Origin: Octopus vulgaris
Taxonomy: Eukaryota
Direction: 5' to 3'
Length of the DNA stretch: 64,000 nt
NCBI GenBank assembly: GCA_951406725.2
Contig: OX597841.1
Span: 11,904,001 to 11,968,000, forward strand
In this document: positions 25,712 to 39,727 of the stretch, piece after piece
How positions within the stretch are numbered: the first letter of the stretch is position 1
Layout: each line of letters opens with the position of its first letter
Translations under genes and position numbers: made by a program
Notes under the pieces: model-generated
The model's database searches: none
Seen by the model: only the letters and a program-made list of their open reading frames with translations
Told to the model about the DNA's origin: nothing

Positions 25712-26620
25712 TCAGGCTTACAAGGAAGGGATGGCCTCCCTTTGCAAATACTTTAAGGGCACAGAAAGTGTCTAAAGCCAGCTGGAGACGATGATCTCCT
25801 GGGGCTAAAAAGCTACAGTAACACCCCCCCCCACACACTTTGTGGTTAGCCATATTGAGATGGCTTTTCTACTTTACATTGTCGAGCGGTTACTGTTTAC
25901 ATCTCGTTCTGAGATTTAATAATGCTATATTTCTCTTTTATCTCTTTTCTCCATTACTTGTTTCAGTCATTTGACTGCGGCCATGCTGGAGCACCGCCTT
26001 TAGTCGAGCAAATCGACCCTGGGACTTATTCTTTTTGTAAGCCCAGTACTTATTCTATCGGTCTCTTTTGCCGAACGGGGACGTAAACACACCAGCATCA
26101 GTTGTCAAGCAATGCTAGGGGGACAAACACAGACATATACAGACACATATATATATATATACATATATATGACAGGCTTCTTTCAGTTGGACAGTCCAGC
26201 ATGGGTTGGACTGTTTGACCGGGGTCTGGGAAGCCAGAAGGCTGCACCAGGCTCCAGTCTGATCGGGCAATGTTTCTACGGCTGGATGCCCTTCCTAATG
26301 CCAACCACTCCGTGAGTGTAGTGGGTGCTTTTTACGTGCACACCGGCACGGAAGCCACTCAAGGTGGCGCTGGCATCGGCCACATACGGATGGTGCTTTT
26401 TAGGTGCCACTGGCATAGGTGCCAGGGTAGGGTGGAAATGGCCACGATCGGTTGATGCTTTTTACATGCCACCGGCACGGAAACCAGTCAAGGTGGCGCT
26501 GGCATCGGCCACGTATGGATGCTGCTTTTTAGGTGCCAGGGTAGGCTGGCAACGGTCACGAACGGTTGGTGCTTTTTACGTGCCATATTATATATATAGT
26601 GTATATATTGTATATATATA

Positions 26621-27137
26621 TCTATATATATAAAACTGTAGTTGTGTGAGTGTCTGTCCCCTTCGATTTAGATTCCTTAACTACTCCCACATTTTGCGCT
26701 GCAGTTTAACCACATTCGGGTATCTTATAGTCGTGATTCATATCGAGCCCGTCTGAGTATTAGCGCGCGTCTACGATGAGTCTACAATTTTAAAAATAAT
26801 TTAACATCATTTTTTATTCCATTTTAATGCATAATTTTTCGTGTGTCGATGGCGGCGGAGTTGGCGTCCACGCTCAAACACCTGCACCTGTGTTTGCTTC
26901 TCCCCTTCTTCCCTCCCTCGTGAAGCTGTGGGGAAGGGAGTGTAAGGAAATCAACATTGTAAAGCGTTGTCAAGGAGACCAGCGTCCTTTTAGAACAACG
27001 ACTTCATGGCTTGAAGACACCAAAACAGAAATAGCTAAGAAAGCCCGAATTGGCATCTATAAGGGAAGTAAATCTCTAAAAATGCTTATATAGTTATTTC
27101 CCTTACAAACCCAAGCAACGCCGGGCAATACTGCTAG
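26621..27137 (+). mobile_element. Non-autonomous Helitron with canonical ends
   Basis: A|TCTATATATATAAAA ... cccaagcaacgccggg-caatactg-CTAG|T; absent from the paralogous site near 31290. Confidence 0.85.
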
Positions 27138-27459
27138 TTGTATATATGTATGTCTGCCTTTATATATGTGAGATAATAATTTCACTTTAACAGTTTCAGT
27201 GTTAATAGTGAAACTATTTATCTGATATTACAATAGGAAGTTATTGACACGTAATACTGAAATAGTAGACGATAATAAGAGATTGTTCTGGCCTTGCATT
27301 AAGCAAAAAACTGAAAGTGTTTTTGGTCCATGACACTACATGGACCAAAGTACGTAAGGCACGTATAAAATTTGAATGAAAACAGTTGTGTAGTTCTCGA
27401 GTTTTAGGGATTCACAGACACACAGACAGACACATATTCACATCTTTTTATATATATGT

Positions 27460-27832
27460 ATACTCTCTTTTACTTGTTTCAGTCATTTGACTGCGGCCAT
27501 GCTGGAGCACCGCCTTTAGTCGAGCAACTCGACCCCGGGACTTATTCTTTGTAAGCCCAGTACTTATTCTATCGGTCTCTTTTGCCGAACCGCTAAGTAA
27601 CGGGGACGTAAACACACCAGCATCAGTTGTCAAGCAATGCTAGGGGGACAAACACACATACATATATACGACAGGCTTCTTTCAGTTTCCCTCTACCAAA
27701 TCCACTCACAAGGCATTGGTCGGCCCAGGGCTATAGCAGAAGACACTTGCCCAAGATGCCACGCAGTGGGACTGAACCCGGAACCATGTGGTTGGTTAGC
27801 AAGCTACTTACCACACAGCCACTCCTGCGCCT
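27460..27832 (-). mobile_element. Full-length SINE family A
   Basis: Matches 12300-12722. Confidence 0.9.
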
Positions 27833-28131
27833 ATATGTATATATTTATTTATATATATATATATATATATAGCTGTATTACATGGATGATAATATTTTCA
27901 ACGACATTACAACAGTTCCCCAAAAGCTTCAATTCTGCCTCTCTAGATATATTTACTCGAATGCTGACATCTACCGTATTGGTTTGATGCGTCATATTCC
28001 ACCATTAATAAGACTCTAGGCATGTTTGATGACACGGGTATACTATGAAACATAGATACAGACACACGCACACACACTAACACACAATGCGATTATAAAA
28101 GACATTTTATATATATTATTTACAATACATT

Positions 28132-28180
<49 letters not shown>

Positions 28181-28367
28181 AGTTCAGCAAAAATTTAGAT
28201 TCAAATGAATATGGTACTTAATTTAGATGCACCAGAATTTTGTATGGTGTTATCCATAAAAATCCGTGGGGTGATTATAATCAAAATAAGCAACAAGAAT
28301 GACTCCGGTAATTTGGTACGAAACGATCGTACCAAATTACCGGAGTCATTCTTGTTGCGTATTTTGA

Positions 28368-28414
<47 letters not shown>

Positions 28415-28893
28415 GATATCGAAAGAATGCCACGCGCATATATATACACACGCACACATATGAGGGAATAGGCATGTATGTGTATATGTGTGGGTGCATA
28501 TATGTATATATATATATATATAACGGAGTAAGCACGTAAATGTGAAACAAGGTGGAAAAAAAGAGTACTCAAATACGGTCCTACTTGAGAACACTCGCGC
28601 AAGCTAGTCGTGACTAATCGATCCTACAACGACTACCAAGCAAAGTAAATAAAACACAAGAAACACAAAGTAAGGATCGACTAGTCATGACTAGCTAGTG
28701 CGGATGCGCGAGTGCGCGCACTGGGACCACTGTTCTCAAGTAGTACACCTCAAATGCCAGAGGTAGAACAATATGCTTTATTTAAATGCAGCAGAAGTAA
28801 AACAAAAGCTGTTACTCAAGAGTTTCACTTTCTCGTTAGTCGGACATTTTTGTAACCGCGACGTTACGGGGACGTAAACAAACCCACATCAGT

Positions 28894-28932
28894 TCGTCCG
28901 ACGAACGGGAACGTGAAACTCTTGAGTAACAG
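28894..28932 (+). ncRNA. Minimal hammerhead-like motif (CCGACGA core), with degenerate inverted copy at 28808-28846
   Basis: gt-CCGACGA-acg-GGAA-cgt-GAAAC-tcttga-GTA-ac; GNRA-capped stem II. Confidence 0.55.
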
Positions 28933-29554
28933 CTTTTGTTATATTTCTGCTGCTTTTAGATAAAGTGTATACATATATATATATATGTGTGTGTGTGTAT
29001 ATATATATGTGTGTATGTATGTATATGTATATATATAATATGCACGCATGCACACTAGAAGACGAAACTAAAATGAAAGCTCGGTTTAGAAACACGCAAT
29101 CATCATAACATATATATATATATATATACCTTTATATGTATATGTATTATATATATATACATATATATGTGTGTGTGTGTGTGTATATATATATGCATAC
29201 ATAGATATATATATACTTATATACATGTATATATATATATATTTGTATGTATGTATATATATATACATACAAATATAAATATATATGCATACATACATAT
29301 ATATGCATACATATATATACTTATATGCATGTATATATATATATATATATATATACATACAAATATATATACATACAAATATATATATATGCATACATAT
29401 ATATATATACTTATATACATGTATATATATATATATATATATACATACAAATATATATATATACATACATGTATATATACACATATTTGTATATATGTAT
29501 ATATATCTAAACATAAAGCTATGTGTGTGTGTATACATAATGCAAAACACTTAC

Positions 29555-29780
29555 AGGAAAGATGTTGTTGCTGTTATGCTTGGCGATGCATCAACGATGC
29601 TGTTATATCGGCAGAAGTGTAGGTATGTAAGGTGGTAACCTTGTCTTCAGACACTAGATTGACACTGCAGTGGCAGCGAAAGCCACACTGCACGGCAAAA
29701 AATCGCACTGCAAATGGCCTGAGATTGTGAATTACAATTTGGTTAATTGCACACTGATACGGCCATGTTGTAAATGTGTC
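29555..29780 (-). promoter_or_regulatory. Probable non-coding first exon/TSS region of DNAJC14
   Basis: Island of unique sequence ending in donor cct|GTAAGT (29549-29554); YY1-like caacATGGccg at 29760-29770; the coding exon has a splice acceptor so needs an upstream exon. 5' limit is approximate. Confidence 0.55.
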
Positions 29781-29789
29781 GAATGGCTT

Positions 29790-30730
29790 AGTGAGGTGGT
29801 AGGAGGAAGAGGAGGAGGAGAGGTACGGAAAGAGTAGATGGCTAGTGAGGAGGGTGTTGCCAAGGGTGGGGGAAAAGAGTAGGACGTCGCGAGAGAGGAT
29901 TGGTGAGAGGTTGGAGAGTTACTGATGGTGTGACGTGGTAGGAGGAACAAACGGAGGAGAGAGTTACGAGCAGAGTAGATAGCTAGTGAGGGAGGGTGTT
30001 GCCAGGGGTGGGGGGGAAAAGAGTAGGACGTCGCGAGAGAGGATTGGTGAGAGGATTGGCGGGAGGTCGGAGAGTTACTGAGAGAGTTACGAGCGGAGTA
30101 GATAGCTAGTGAGGGAGGGTGTTGCCAGGGGTGGGGGGAAAAGAGTAGGACGTCGCGAGAGAGGATTGGCGGGAGGTCGGAGAGTTACTGATGGTGTGAC
30201 TTGGTAGGAGGAACAGGAAGAAACGGAGGAGAGAGTTACGAGCGGAGTAAATAGCTAGTGAGAGTGGGGGGGGCTTGTTAAGGGTGAGGAAAAGACTAGA
30301 ACGTTGTGATAGAGAGTCGAGAGGAATAGTGAGAGGTTAAAGAGTTAATATTCAGCATGACGTAGTAGGAGGAACAAGAGGAGAGAATTACGAGCGTAGT
30401 AAATAGCTTGTGAGAGAGGGTGAGAAAAAATGTAGGACGTTGTGAGAGAGAACTGAGAGGGATAGTGAGAGGTTTGATCTATAATGATTGTTGCGGTGGA
30501 AAGAATTATGGGAGGAGAGGCAAAGGCGGAGTAGATGGCTAAGAGAAAGGATATGTTGTCAACTGGAAGGGGAAGGGTGAAGAGTGATCAGATGTTTAAT
30601 GATTGAGTAACGTGGTAGGAGGGCTGGGAAGGGAGAGGGTGTATGTGTAAGGGTGTCAACGACATAGTAGGAGGAGAAGGGAAGAGTTAGAGGCGGAGTA
30701 AATGACTAATGACTGTGCTGAGTGATGATA
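29790..30730. repeat. Degenerate purine-rich minisatellite
   Basis: Recurring gagagttacgagcggagtagatagctagtgag..aaaagagtaggacgtcgcgagagagg blocks. Confidence 0.75.
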
Positions 30731-31984
30731 GCGAGAGTGAAAATTATAGATGTCAATGTATATACATGGTTCCGGGTTCATTCCCATTGCGTTGCACCTT
30801 GGGCAAGTGCCTTCTACTATAGCCCCGGGCTGACCAATGCCTTGTGAATGAATTTGGCAGACGGAAACTGAAAGAAGCCCATCATATATATATATATATA
30901 TACACATTTATATAATCTTTTCGACTATAGGCACAAGGCCTCTCTCTCTCTCTCTCTCAATATATATATATACATATACATATATATATATAAAAGATGT
31001 GAATATGTGTCTGTCTGTGTGTCTGTGAATCCCTAAAACTCGAGAACTACACAACTGTGTTCATTCAAATTTTACGTACTTTGGTCCATAAAGTGTCATT
31101 GACCAAAAACACTTTCAGTTTTTTTGCTTAATGCAAGGCCAGAACAATCTCTTATTATCGTCTACTATTTCAGTATTACGTGTCAATAACTTCCTATTGT
31201 AATGTCAGATAAATAGTTTCACTATTAATACTGAAACTATTAAAGTGAAATTATTATCTGACATATATAAAGGCAGACATACATATATACAATATATATA
31301 TAATATGGCACGTAAAAAGCACCAACCGTTCTTGACCGTTGCCAAACTACCCTGGCACCTAAAAAGCAGCATCGTATGTGGCCAATGCCAGTGCCACCTT
31401 GACTGGTTTCCATGCCAGTAGAACGTAAAAGGCACCAACCATTATTGACCGCTGCCAGCCTACCCTGGCACCTGTGCCTGGCACCTGTGCCGGTGGCACC
31501 TAAAAAGCACCATCCATACGTGGCCGATGCCAGCGCCATCTTGACAGGTTTCCGTGCCGGTGACATGTAAAAAGCACCAACCGATCGTGACCATTGCCAG
31601 CCGACCCTGGCACATAAAAGGCACCATCCGTACGTGGCCGATGCCATTACCACCTTGACTGGTTTCCGTGCTGGTGGCACGTAAAAAGCACCAACCGTTC
31701 GTGGCCGTTGCCAGCCTACCCTGGCACATAAAAAGCACCATCCGTACGTGGCCGATGCCAGCGCCACCTTGACTGGCTTCCGTGCCGGTGGCACGTAAAA
31801 AGCACCCACTACACTCACGGAGTGGTTGGTGTTAGGAAGGGCATCCGGCCGTAGAAACATTGCCAGATCAGACTGGGCCTGGTGCAGCCTTCTGGCTTCC
31901 CAGACCCCGGTCGAACAGTCCAACTTATGCTGGCATGGAAAACGGACATTAAACGATGATGATGATAATGACGATGAAGCTTGC

Positions 31985-32400
31985 AAGGTTTGAAGCCAGT
32001 ATGCTCTGCTGGATATGTAATGTCAGCGTGCACACATGACAGAGTGTAAGTGCCCTGAGAGAAAAGTTGGACTGGCTTCCATCAGATGTGGTGTGCAAGA
32101 GAGCCGACTGCGTTGATATGGGCATGTGATGAGAATGGATGCGGATAGCTGTGTAAAAAATTGTCACACCCTAGCAGTTGAGGGAACCTGTGGAATAGGT
32201 ATACCCAGGAAGACCTAGGATGAGTAAGTGAAGCACGACCTTCGAACATTGGGCCTCAGTGAGACAATGACTAGTGACCGAGACCTTTGGAAATATGCTG
32301 TGCTTGAGGAGACCCGGCAAGCTAAGTGAGACCATAACCTGTGGCCTATGCCAGTGGGTGTAACCAGCCCACTTATGCATACCTTTCTTTCATTGGACAC
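31985..32400 (+). mobile_element. Decayed RTE LINE 3' fragment
   Basis: Remnants of VEGTCG.GxPRKT..VKHDLRTLGLSETMTSDRDLWKYAV; a related older fragment lies at ~19110-19470. Confidence 0.65.
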
Positions 32401-32794
32401 TAAAAGAAAAGTCTAATTATTCAATTCCATGTGACACGAGCAATGTCAGGTATCTCTGCTATATATATATATCACCGTGATTACTGTGACCAACCAGGTT
32501 ATCAGATGTTGCTACACATTGCTGGTCACAATTCGCTTCGCATTGTTTTAGCCTTCAAATAACGCCACCTCGCTGGCTAAGCAAGCAGGCCAACAGAAGA
32601 AAGAGTGAGAGAAAGTTGTGGCGAAAGAGAACAGCAGGGATCGCCACCATCCCCTGCCGGAGCCTCGTGGAGCTTCAGGTGTTTTCGCTCAATAAACACT
32701 CATAACACCTGGTCTGGGAATCGAAACCGCGATCCTACGACTGCGAGTCTGTTGCCCTAACCACTGGGCCATTGCGCCTCCATATATATATATA

Positions 32795-33288
32795 TCTATA
32801 TATATAAAACTCAACTTGTGTGTCTGTGTGTGTGTCTGTGTGTTTAACTTCCTGGCACATCTCCTAGCCAACAAATCATAGAACCACCAAAAATGGGTCA
32901 CTTAAAGTTTAGGCGAATGAAAATTGAACTGCGCTATTACTGTTCCGAAATTCATCTCTCAAGTGCAAAAATCGATAATGTGTTTGTTTAGGCCTTATCC
33001 CATGCATTGAAAAGTGAACTTTACTCAGTCAGCTGTTTGACGTGAACTGTGTTCACCACGCGTGCAAGCATGCGTAAATTGCATGAAAAATAAAAAATCA
33101 AGATATAAAAACGAATCGCCGTAAACATTGTAGAAATTCGGCAAAGAAATGAACTTTCGGGATGTAGCCTGGAGGGTTTTTTCGTATTAATCGTTTGGAC
33201 TTTGTGAACACATACCAATTGTTTTCATAACATTTTTAACGCTTTGAATTAAATGTGACTATTTTGCAAAGCCGGGCAATACTGCTAG
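32795..33288 (+). mobile_element. Non-autonomous Helitron
   Basis: A|TCTATATATATAAAA...gccgggcaatactgCTAG|T. Confidence 0.75.
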
Positions 33289-33659
33289 TGTGTATATATA
33301 TATGTGTGTATATATGTATATATATATATATATATATATACATATATAGGATAGGAAAAGTTGAAAATGGAGACAAACGCCCAAAATGTTATTAAGCCAT
33401 TTATATCTTCATGTCATCGCCATATGTTTCGATGGGTGCATTCAAAATAAATCCGACAGGATGAATAATGTGGAGCTATTCATCAATACCATCAGGGAAG
33501 ATAGAAACAACAGTGTGCATCAATTAGGCATTTTAACAGATGTAAGAAACTCCAATTTATTTTGAATGCATCCATTGAAACATATTGATGGTATGATTTA
33601 ATAACATCTTGAGCATTTGAGCATTTGTGTCCATTTTCAATTTTCCCTATGTCCTTCAA

Positions 33660-34302
33660 AATACATCTCGCCCAGTGCATCCATGCTGCCAACAAAGCAT
33701 GCGGAGTTCTGTTTTTGATTCGACAGTCATTCGGAATGCTCACAGCAGCCATATTCCTACCGCTCTATGTCACGCTGGTGAGACCCATATTGGAGTACAG
33801 GATTCAAGCCTCTTCTCCTTATCTCCTCAAAGACATACAGCATCTCGAAAGAGTCCAGAAGCTGGCTACCAGCATGGTTCTTGGTCTCAGGCATTTGTCT
33901 TATGAAGAAAGGCTGAAGACGCTCGACCTTTATTCTCTTGAAAAACGCCACCGCCATAGTGATCTCATTCTCGCACACAACATCATAAGCGGAAAGTGTA
34001 ACCTCTCGAAAGAGCTGTTCTTCACTCCTGCTCCAGAGCATCGGCTGCGGAGTCACTCCAAAAAGCTCTATCTGCGACGACTTCATCTCAATCGAAGGAG
34101 AGGGGCTTTCTCCATCCGGGTTGCGGATCCATGGAATAGGCTGCCGGACGAGATGGTGAAGATGCCGATGAACACTCGGTTCAAAGCCTCTCTTGACCAG
34201 AAATGGCCTGAACTCTTTGCATGAACACCCTCCCTATACATAACTCCATGTCCCCCTACATAGCCTGGTTTTTTGCTTTTTGAGCCAAAAGATTAACTTA
34301 AC
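33660..34302 (+). mobile_element. 5'-truncated CR1 LINE (second family)
   Basis: ORF LYVTLVRPILEY..IQHLERVQKLAT..LSYEERLKTLDLYSLEK..FSIRVADPWNRLP; taactt-type tail. Confidence 0.88.
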
Positions 34303-35126
34303 TTCTCCCTGGAATTAACTATCACCCAAGTGTGATCAGTGAATCATAGGACCCTTATATGAAATCTGGCTACCTTGCAATCATTCCCCGGGATCTTTCC
34401 TATAAATTGATCATTCGTTCAGTCCCACTGCGTGGCACCTTGGGCAAGTTTCTTCTACTATAGCCTCGGGCCATCCAAAGCCTTGTGAATGGATTTGGTA
34501 GACGGAAACTGAAAGAAGCCCGTCGTATATATGTATACATATATATGTGTGCGTGTATGTTTGTGTGTCTGTGTTTGTCCCCTTAGCATTGCTTAACAAC
34601 CAATGCTGGTGTGTTTATGTCCCCGTCATTTAGCAGTTCGGCAAGAGACTGATAGAATAAGTACTAGGCTTACAAAGAATAAGTCCCGAGGTCGAGTTGC
34701 TCGATTAAAGGCGGTGCTCCAGCATGGCCGCAGTCAAATGACTGAAACAAGTAAAAGAGTAAAGAGTATATCACTTTCCAGCTCTACTCTTACTCTCTCT
34801 TCCCACCCAGAAAGCCATCAGTAAATGTCTGGTAGGAGACTGGTTCAGACATTTTAAGGAAGGTGATGCTAGTCTCAAAGACAAAGATCTGGGAGGCTTT
34901 TTGTTATGGAAGAGGAGGGCCTGCTTGAACAACAGCCAAGCACAGGCAGTTAAACTTGCAGTCATCAGAGCTTGATCCATCACAAAGCACCATCAATTGA
35001 CAGCTCCTTAAGCTCAGCCTGGAGAATTGATGTCGTCAAGAAAGTCCTCATGAACTGACCAATGCTCTTATGATGTGTGAACATTTGCAAGTGATGCCTG
35101 TTTTTGGTGTTGAATTGTAAATGGAG

Positions 35127-35508
35127 TGGAGGCGCAATGGCCCAGTGGTTAGGGCAGCGGATTCGCGGTCGTAGGATCGCAGTTTCGATTCCCAGACCAG
35201 GCGTTGTGAGTATTTATTGAGCGAAAACACCTAAAAAGCTCCACGAGGCTCCGGCAGGGGATGGTGGTGATCCCTGCTGTACTCTTTCACCACAACTTCC
35301 TCTCACTCTTACTTCCTGTTTCTGTTGTACCTGTATTTCAAAAGGCCGGCCTTGTCACTCTGTGTCACGCTGAATATCCCCCGAGAACTACGTTAAGGGT
35401 ACACGTGTCTGTGGAGTGCTCAGTCACTTACACGTTAATTTCACGAGCAGGCTGCTCCGTTGATCGGATCAACCGGAACCCTCATCGTCGTAACCAACGG
35501 AGTGCTTC
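35127..35508 (+). mobile_element. Full-length SINE family B inserted in a decayed mariner remnant (~34820-35950)
   Basis: Matches 970-1354; further copies at 32595-32782 and an internally deleted copy at 36507-36638. Confidence 0.85.
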
Positions 35509-37283
35509 TTCTCTGTAAATGGAGATGAAAAAATGGATCCTATTTTCATAATCTTAAGAGAAATCTGTGGCTTCATTCCAGCCAGGTTTTAGGACCTGTT
35601 GTCAAAGGTGGTTTGAATCAAAAGTCATGTTGTGTGTTTGTTGGGATTTCGAGGGGCTGTTGCACTTTTGAGCTTGTCTCAGATGGTCATGCTGTGAACG
35701 CTGACCTTTATACCCAGCAACAGCAGATAGTGGGTGATGCTTTGAAAGCCTGCTACTTGGCATAGGTCAATCAAAGACACACACTCCTACAGCATGACAA
35801 AGCCACATCACACCCTGCAAATGGTACCAGATGCAAACTTGGGGAACTTGACGGGTTGGAAGTGCTGCCTCACCCTGCCTACAGTCTAGAGTTGACACCA
35901 TCAGATGACCACATCTCCCAAGCCATTGATCATTTCCATATTTTTTTGAGTTCAAATTCCGCTGAGGTTGACTTTGCCTTTCATCTTTTCATCATCATCA
36001 TCGTTTAACGTCCGCTTTCCATGCTAGCATGGGTTGGATGGTTCAACTGGGGTCTGGGAAGCCAGAAGGCTGCACCAGGCCCAGTCTGATCTGGCAGTGT
36101 TTCTACGGCTGGATGCCCTTCCTAACGCCAACCACTCCGTGAGTGTAGTGGGTGCTTTTTACGTGCCAGACGGGGCTGGCAAACGGCCACGGACGGATGG
36201 TGCTTTTTACGTGCCACTGGCATGGGGACAGGCAAGGCTGGCAACGGCTTTCGGGGTCGATAAATAAAGTATCAGTTTCCCACTGGAGTCGATGTAATCA
36301 ACTTAATCCCTTTGTCTGTCCTTGTTTGTCCCCTTTATGTTTAGCCCCTTGTGGACAGTAAAGAAATACATTTCCTCCACAGACACAAGGTACATATTTT
36401 AATGAATAAACATTTTCTGTATGTAATTTGAACTTTTAATTAAAGCCTGAAATGAAAAAAAAAAAAAAAAAGTTTGACTCAACTTGGTATATATGCATAT
36501 ATGGATGGAAGCACTCCGTCGGTTACGACGACGAGGGTTCCGGTTGATCCGAATCAACGGAACAGCCTGCTCGTGAATCGAAACCGCGATCCTACGACCG
36601 CGAGTCCGCTGCCCTAACAACTGGGCCATTGCGCCTCCACATATGCATATATATGTATGTATAAACCAATGAGAGAGCCTTCCACATGGTAGCTAGACCA
36701 GGTAGAAAAAACAGCCAAATCTCCCTCAAATTACACCTCCTATGGTTTTTGTATGTATAAGCTAATAAGGCAAGATTCTACATGGTAAGTTACCTAGCTA
36801 GAAATAGCAACCAGCCCTTATGTATATAAATAGACTCTAATGAGAAAGATCTGTGGAAATTCCAAGGGTTTGAGAAATTCTTCACCATTAAAACCAGTGT
36901 TTTACATTATTAAGGTGGCGAGCCAGCAGAATGGTTAGCATGCAGGACAAAATAGCTTGATGGTATTTCCTACGTTGTGAGATCAAATTCTACCAAGGTC
37001 AACTTTGCCTTTTATCTTTTTGTGGTCAATAAATTAAGTACCAGTTACACACTGGGGTCAATGTGATTGACTCCCTCTCTCAACAAAATTTCAGGCCTTG
37101 TGCCGAGAGTAGAAAAGATTATTCTTATGATTAAGACCATGAGCTGGGATGATTGTTAGTATGCCAGGGGTCAATGCAATGGATTCATCCCTTTCCACAA
37201 AGTGGCTGCCCTTGTGGCAAAATTTGAAACTTATTATTATTAGATTATTTTTGTTGACACTGATTTCAAATAAACTAGTTTCA

Positions 37284-37972
37284 TTAACCTTTTCGTTACT
37301 GTATTTATTTTGAGATGCTCTGTGTTTCTTTCAATTACTTTAAATATAACAAAGAATTTAGTAAAATAACTTGGTTATCATTCAGCTAGTGTTAGGAACA
37401 TAAATTGTGACTAAGGTTTAGTGGAAGATTTTAATTCAAAACTTATGAAAACAAGACATTTGTACTACAGAGCCAGAGGCAGTTTCAGGCAAGTTGGTAT
37501 CGAAAGGGTTAAAAACATCTCTACATTTGGGCAGATGGACATTCGAAGCAATTGAAAGGGTGTGGATTGAAAGAAATTTAGGCTATTATTTCTAGCATAT
37601 AGAGTGACCACATTGAGGTCTCCTTCTCTCAAGTTTTCTGCTGATTATTTTTCTTCTTAACCCTTTCGTTACCATATTTCTGTTGAGATGCTCTGCGTTT
37701 CTTTCAATTAATTTTAAATATAACAAAGAATTTAGTAAAATAACTTGGTTATCATTAAGCTAAAAGACTCCGCCGGTTACGACGACGAGGGTCCCAGCTG
37801 ATACGATCAACGGAACAGCTAAGCCACGCGCCCTCACATCATTAAGCTACTTTTAGGAACATAAATTGTGACTAAGATTTGGTGGAGGATTTTAATTCAA
37901 AACTTATAAAGACAAGACATTTGTACTCAGAGCCAGGGCCGGTTTCAGCCGGGTTGGTAATGAAAGGGTTAA
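37284..37972 (+). mobile_element. piggyBac-type MITE pair with spacer
   Basis: TTAA-flanked termini; spacer nearly identical to 17423-17568. Confidence 0.75.
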
Positions 37973-38520
37973 ATTAATACAAAGGGCCATTTGTGTTATG
38001 TCATAAATTGTACAATAGAATATGTCGTGGATAAGTTAGAGGATAAACAGAGAAGGAGGAGTTAACAAAATCAGCTCGAGGAAAGAATTCTCTGCGGGTT
38101 CAATTCTTGGCTGACTCTGAAACAACCAAGGTTAACAAATTTTTTTTTTCACCTGTTTTTTTTTTTTTAAACAAAATTACAAAAGCATCATTATAATTAT
38201 CATCAACATATTCGTCATCATTATTAACATCATTACTATCTTTATTATTAATAATCAAAATTATCAACATCATCATTATAATTAATAATATTAACATCAT
38301 CATCATCATCATCATCATGATTGTTATCAGAAAAACATGCTTCTCTGTGTCTGGAATTTTAAATAAAATTCTTCAGGCAGTTCATTTGGGAATTATAGCT
38401 TTTCTTTTAAAAAAAAATGTTTATTTTTGTAATTTTATACTTTTTTTATTACAGTTTTTTTTTATATTTCAAATTTTAATTTCTCAATTTCATTTTCAAC
38501 TTTTGTTTTTGTGTGTCTAT

Positions 38521-38564
<44 letters not shown>

Positions 38565-38636
38565 ATGTGTTAGCACGCACAGGGTACTAGACTTTTATAC
38601 TATATATATTTCTATGCATAAATAAGCAATTTATAT

Positions 38637-39660
38637 ACCAACACACATACACACACACACATACATACATATATACACACAAACATACAAACACTGATCT
38701 TTGTCTACCTATTTATTTATTTACACACACACATATATATATACATATATATATACATACACACATACACATATATATACATATATATATACATACACAC
38801 ATACACATATATACATATATATATATACATACACACATACACATATATACATATATATACATACACACACACATATATACATATATATATACATACACAC
38901 ACATATATATATACATACACACACACACACACACATATATACATATATATATACATACACACACACGCACACATATATATACATACACACACACATATAT
39001 ATATATACATACACACACACATATATACATATATATATACATACACACATACACATATATATACATATATATATACATACACACATACACATATATACAT
39101 ATATATATATACATACACACACACATATATACATATATATATACATACACACACACACATACACACACACATATACATACACACACACACACACACATAT
39201 ATATACATATATATATACATACACACACACATATATATACATACATACACACACACATATATATACATACATACACACACACACATATATACATACACAC
39301 ACACACACACACATATACATACATACACACACACACACACACATATATATATACATACACACACACACACACATATATATATATACATACACACACACAT
39401 ATATATACATACACACACACATATATATACATACACACACATATATACATATATATACATACACACGCACACATATATATATATATACATACACACACAC
39501 ATATATATACATACACACACATATATACATACATACACACGCACACATATATATATACATACACACACATATATATATATACATACACACACACATATAT
39601 ATACATATATATATACATACACACACACACACACACATATATATACATATATATATACAT

Positions 39661-39699
<39 letters not shown>

Positions 39700-39727
39700 C
39701 ATACACACACACACATATATATATACT
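38637..39727. repeat. Compound (TA)n/(CA)n microsatellite; similar blocks at 11605-11910, 29108-29510 and 40820-41355
   Basis: Directly visible. Confidence 0.95.

Larger units (their letters stand above)
24923..25926 (+). mobile_element. Retrozyme/Penelope-pLTR-like element: inverted 5' segment plus ~2.4 tandem ~360-bp units
   Basis: Unit marker ctaaagccagctgg at 25051, 25409 and 25772; 24923-25040 is an inverted copy of the unit start; each complete unit carries a hammerhead. Confidence 0.8.
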
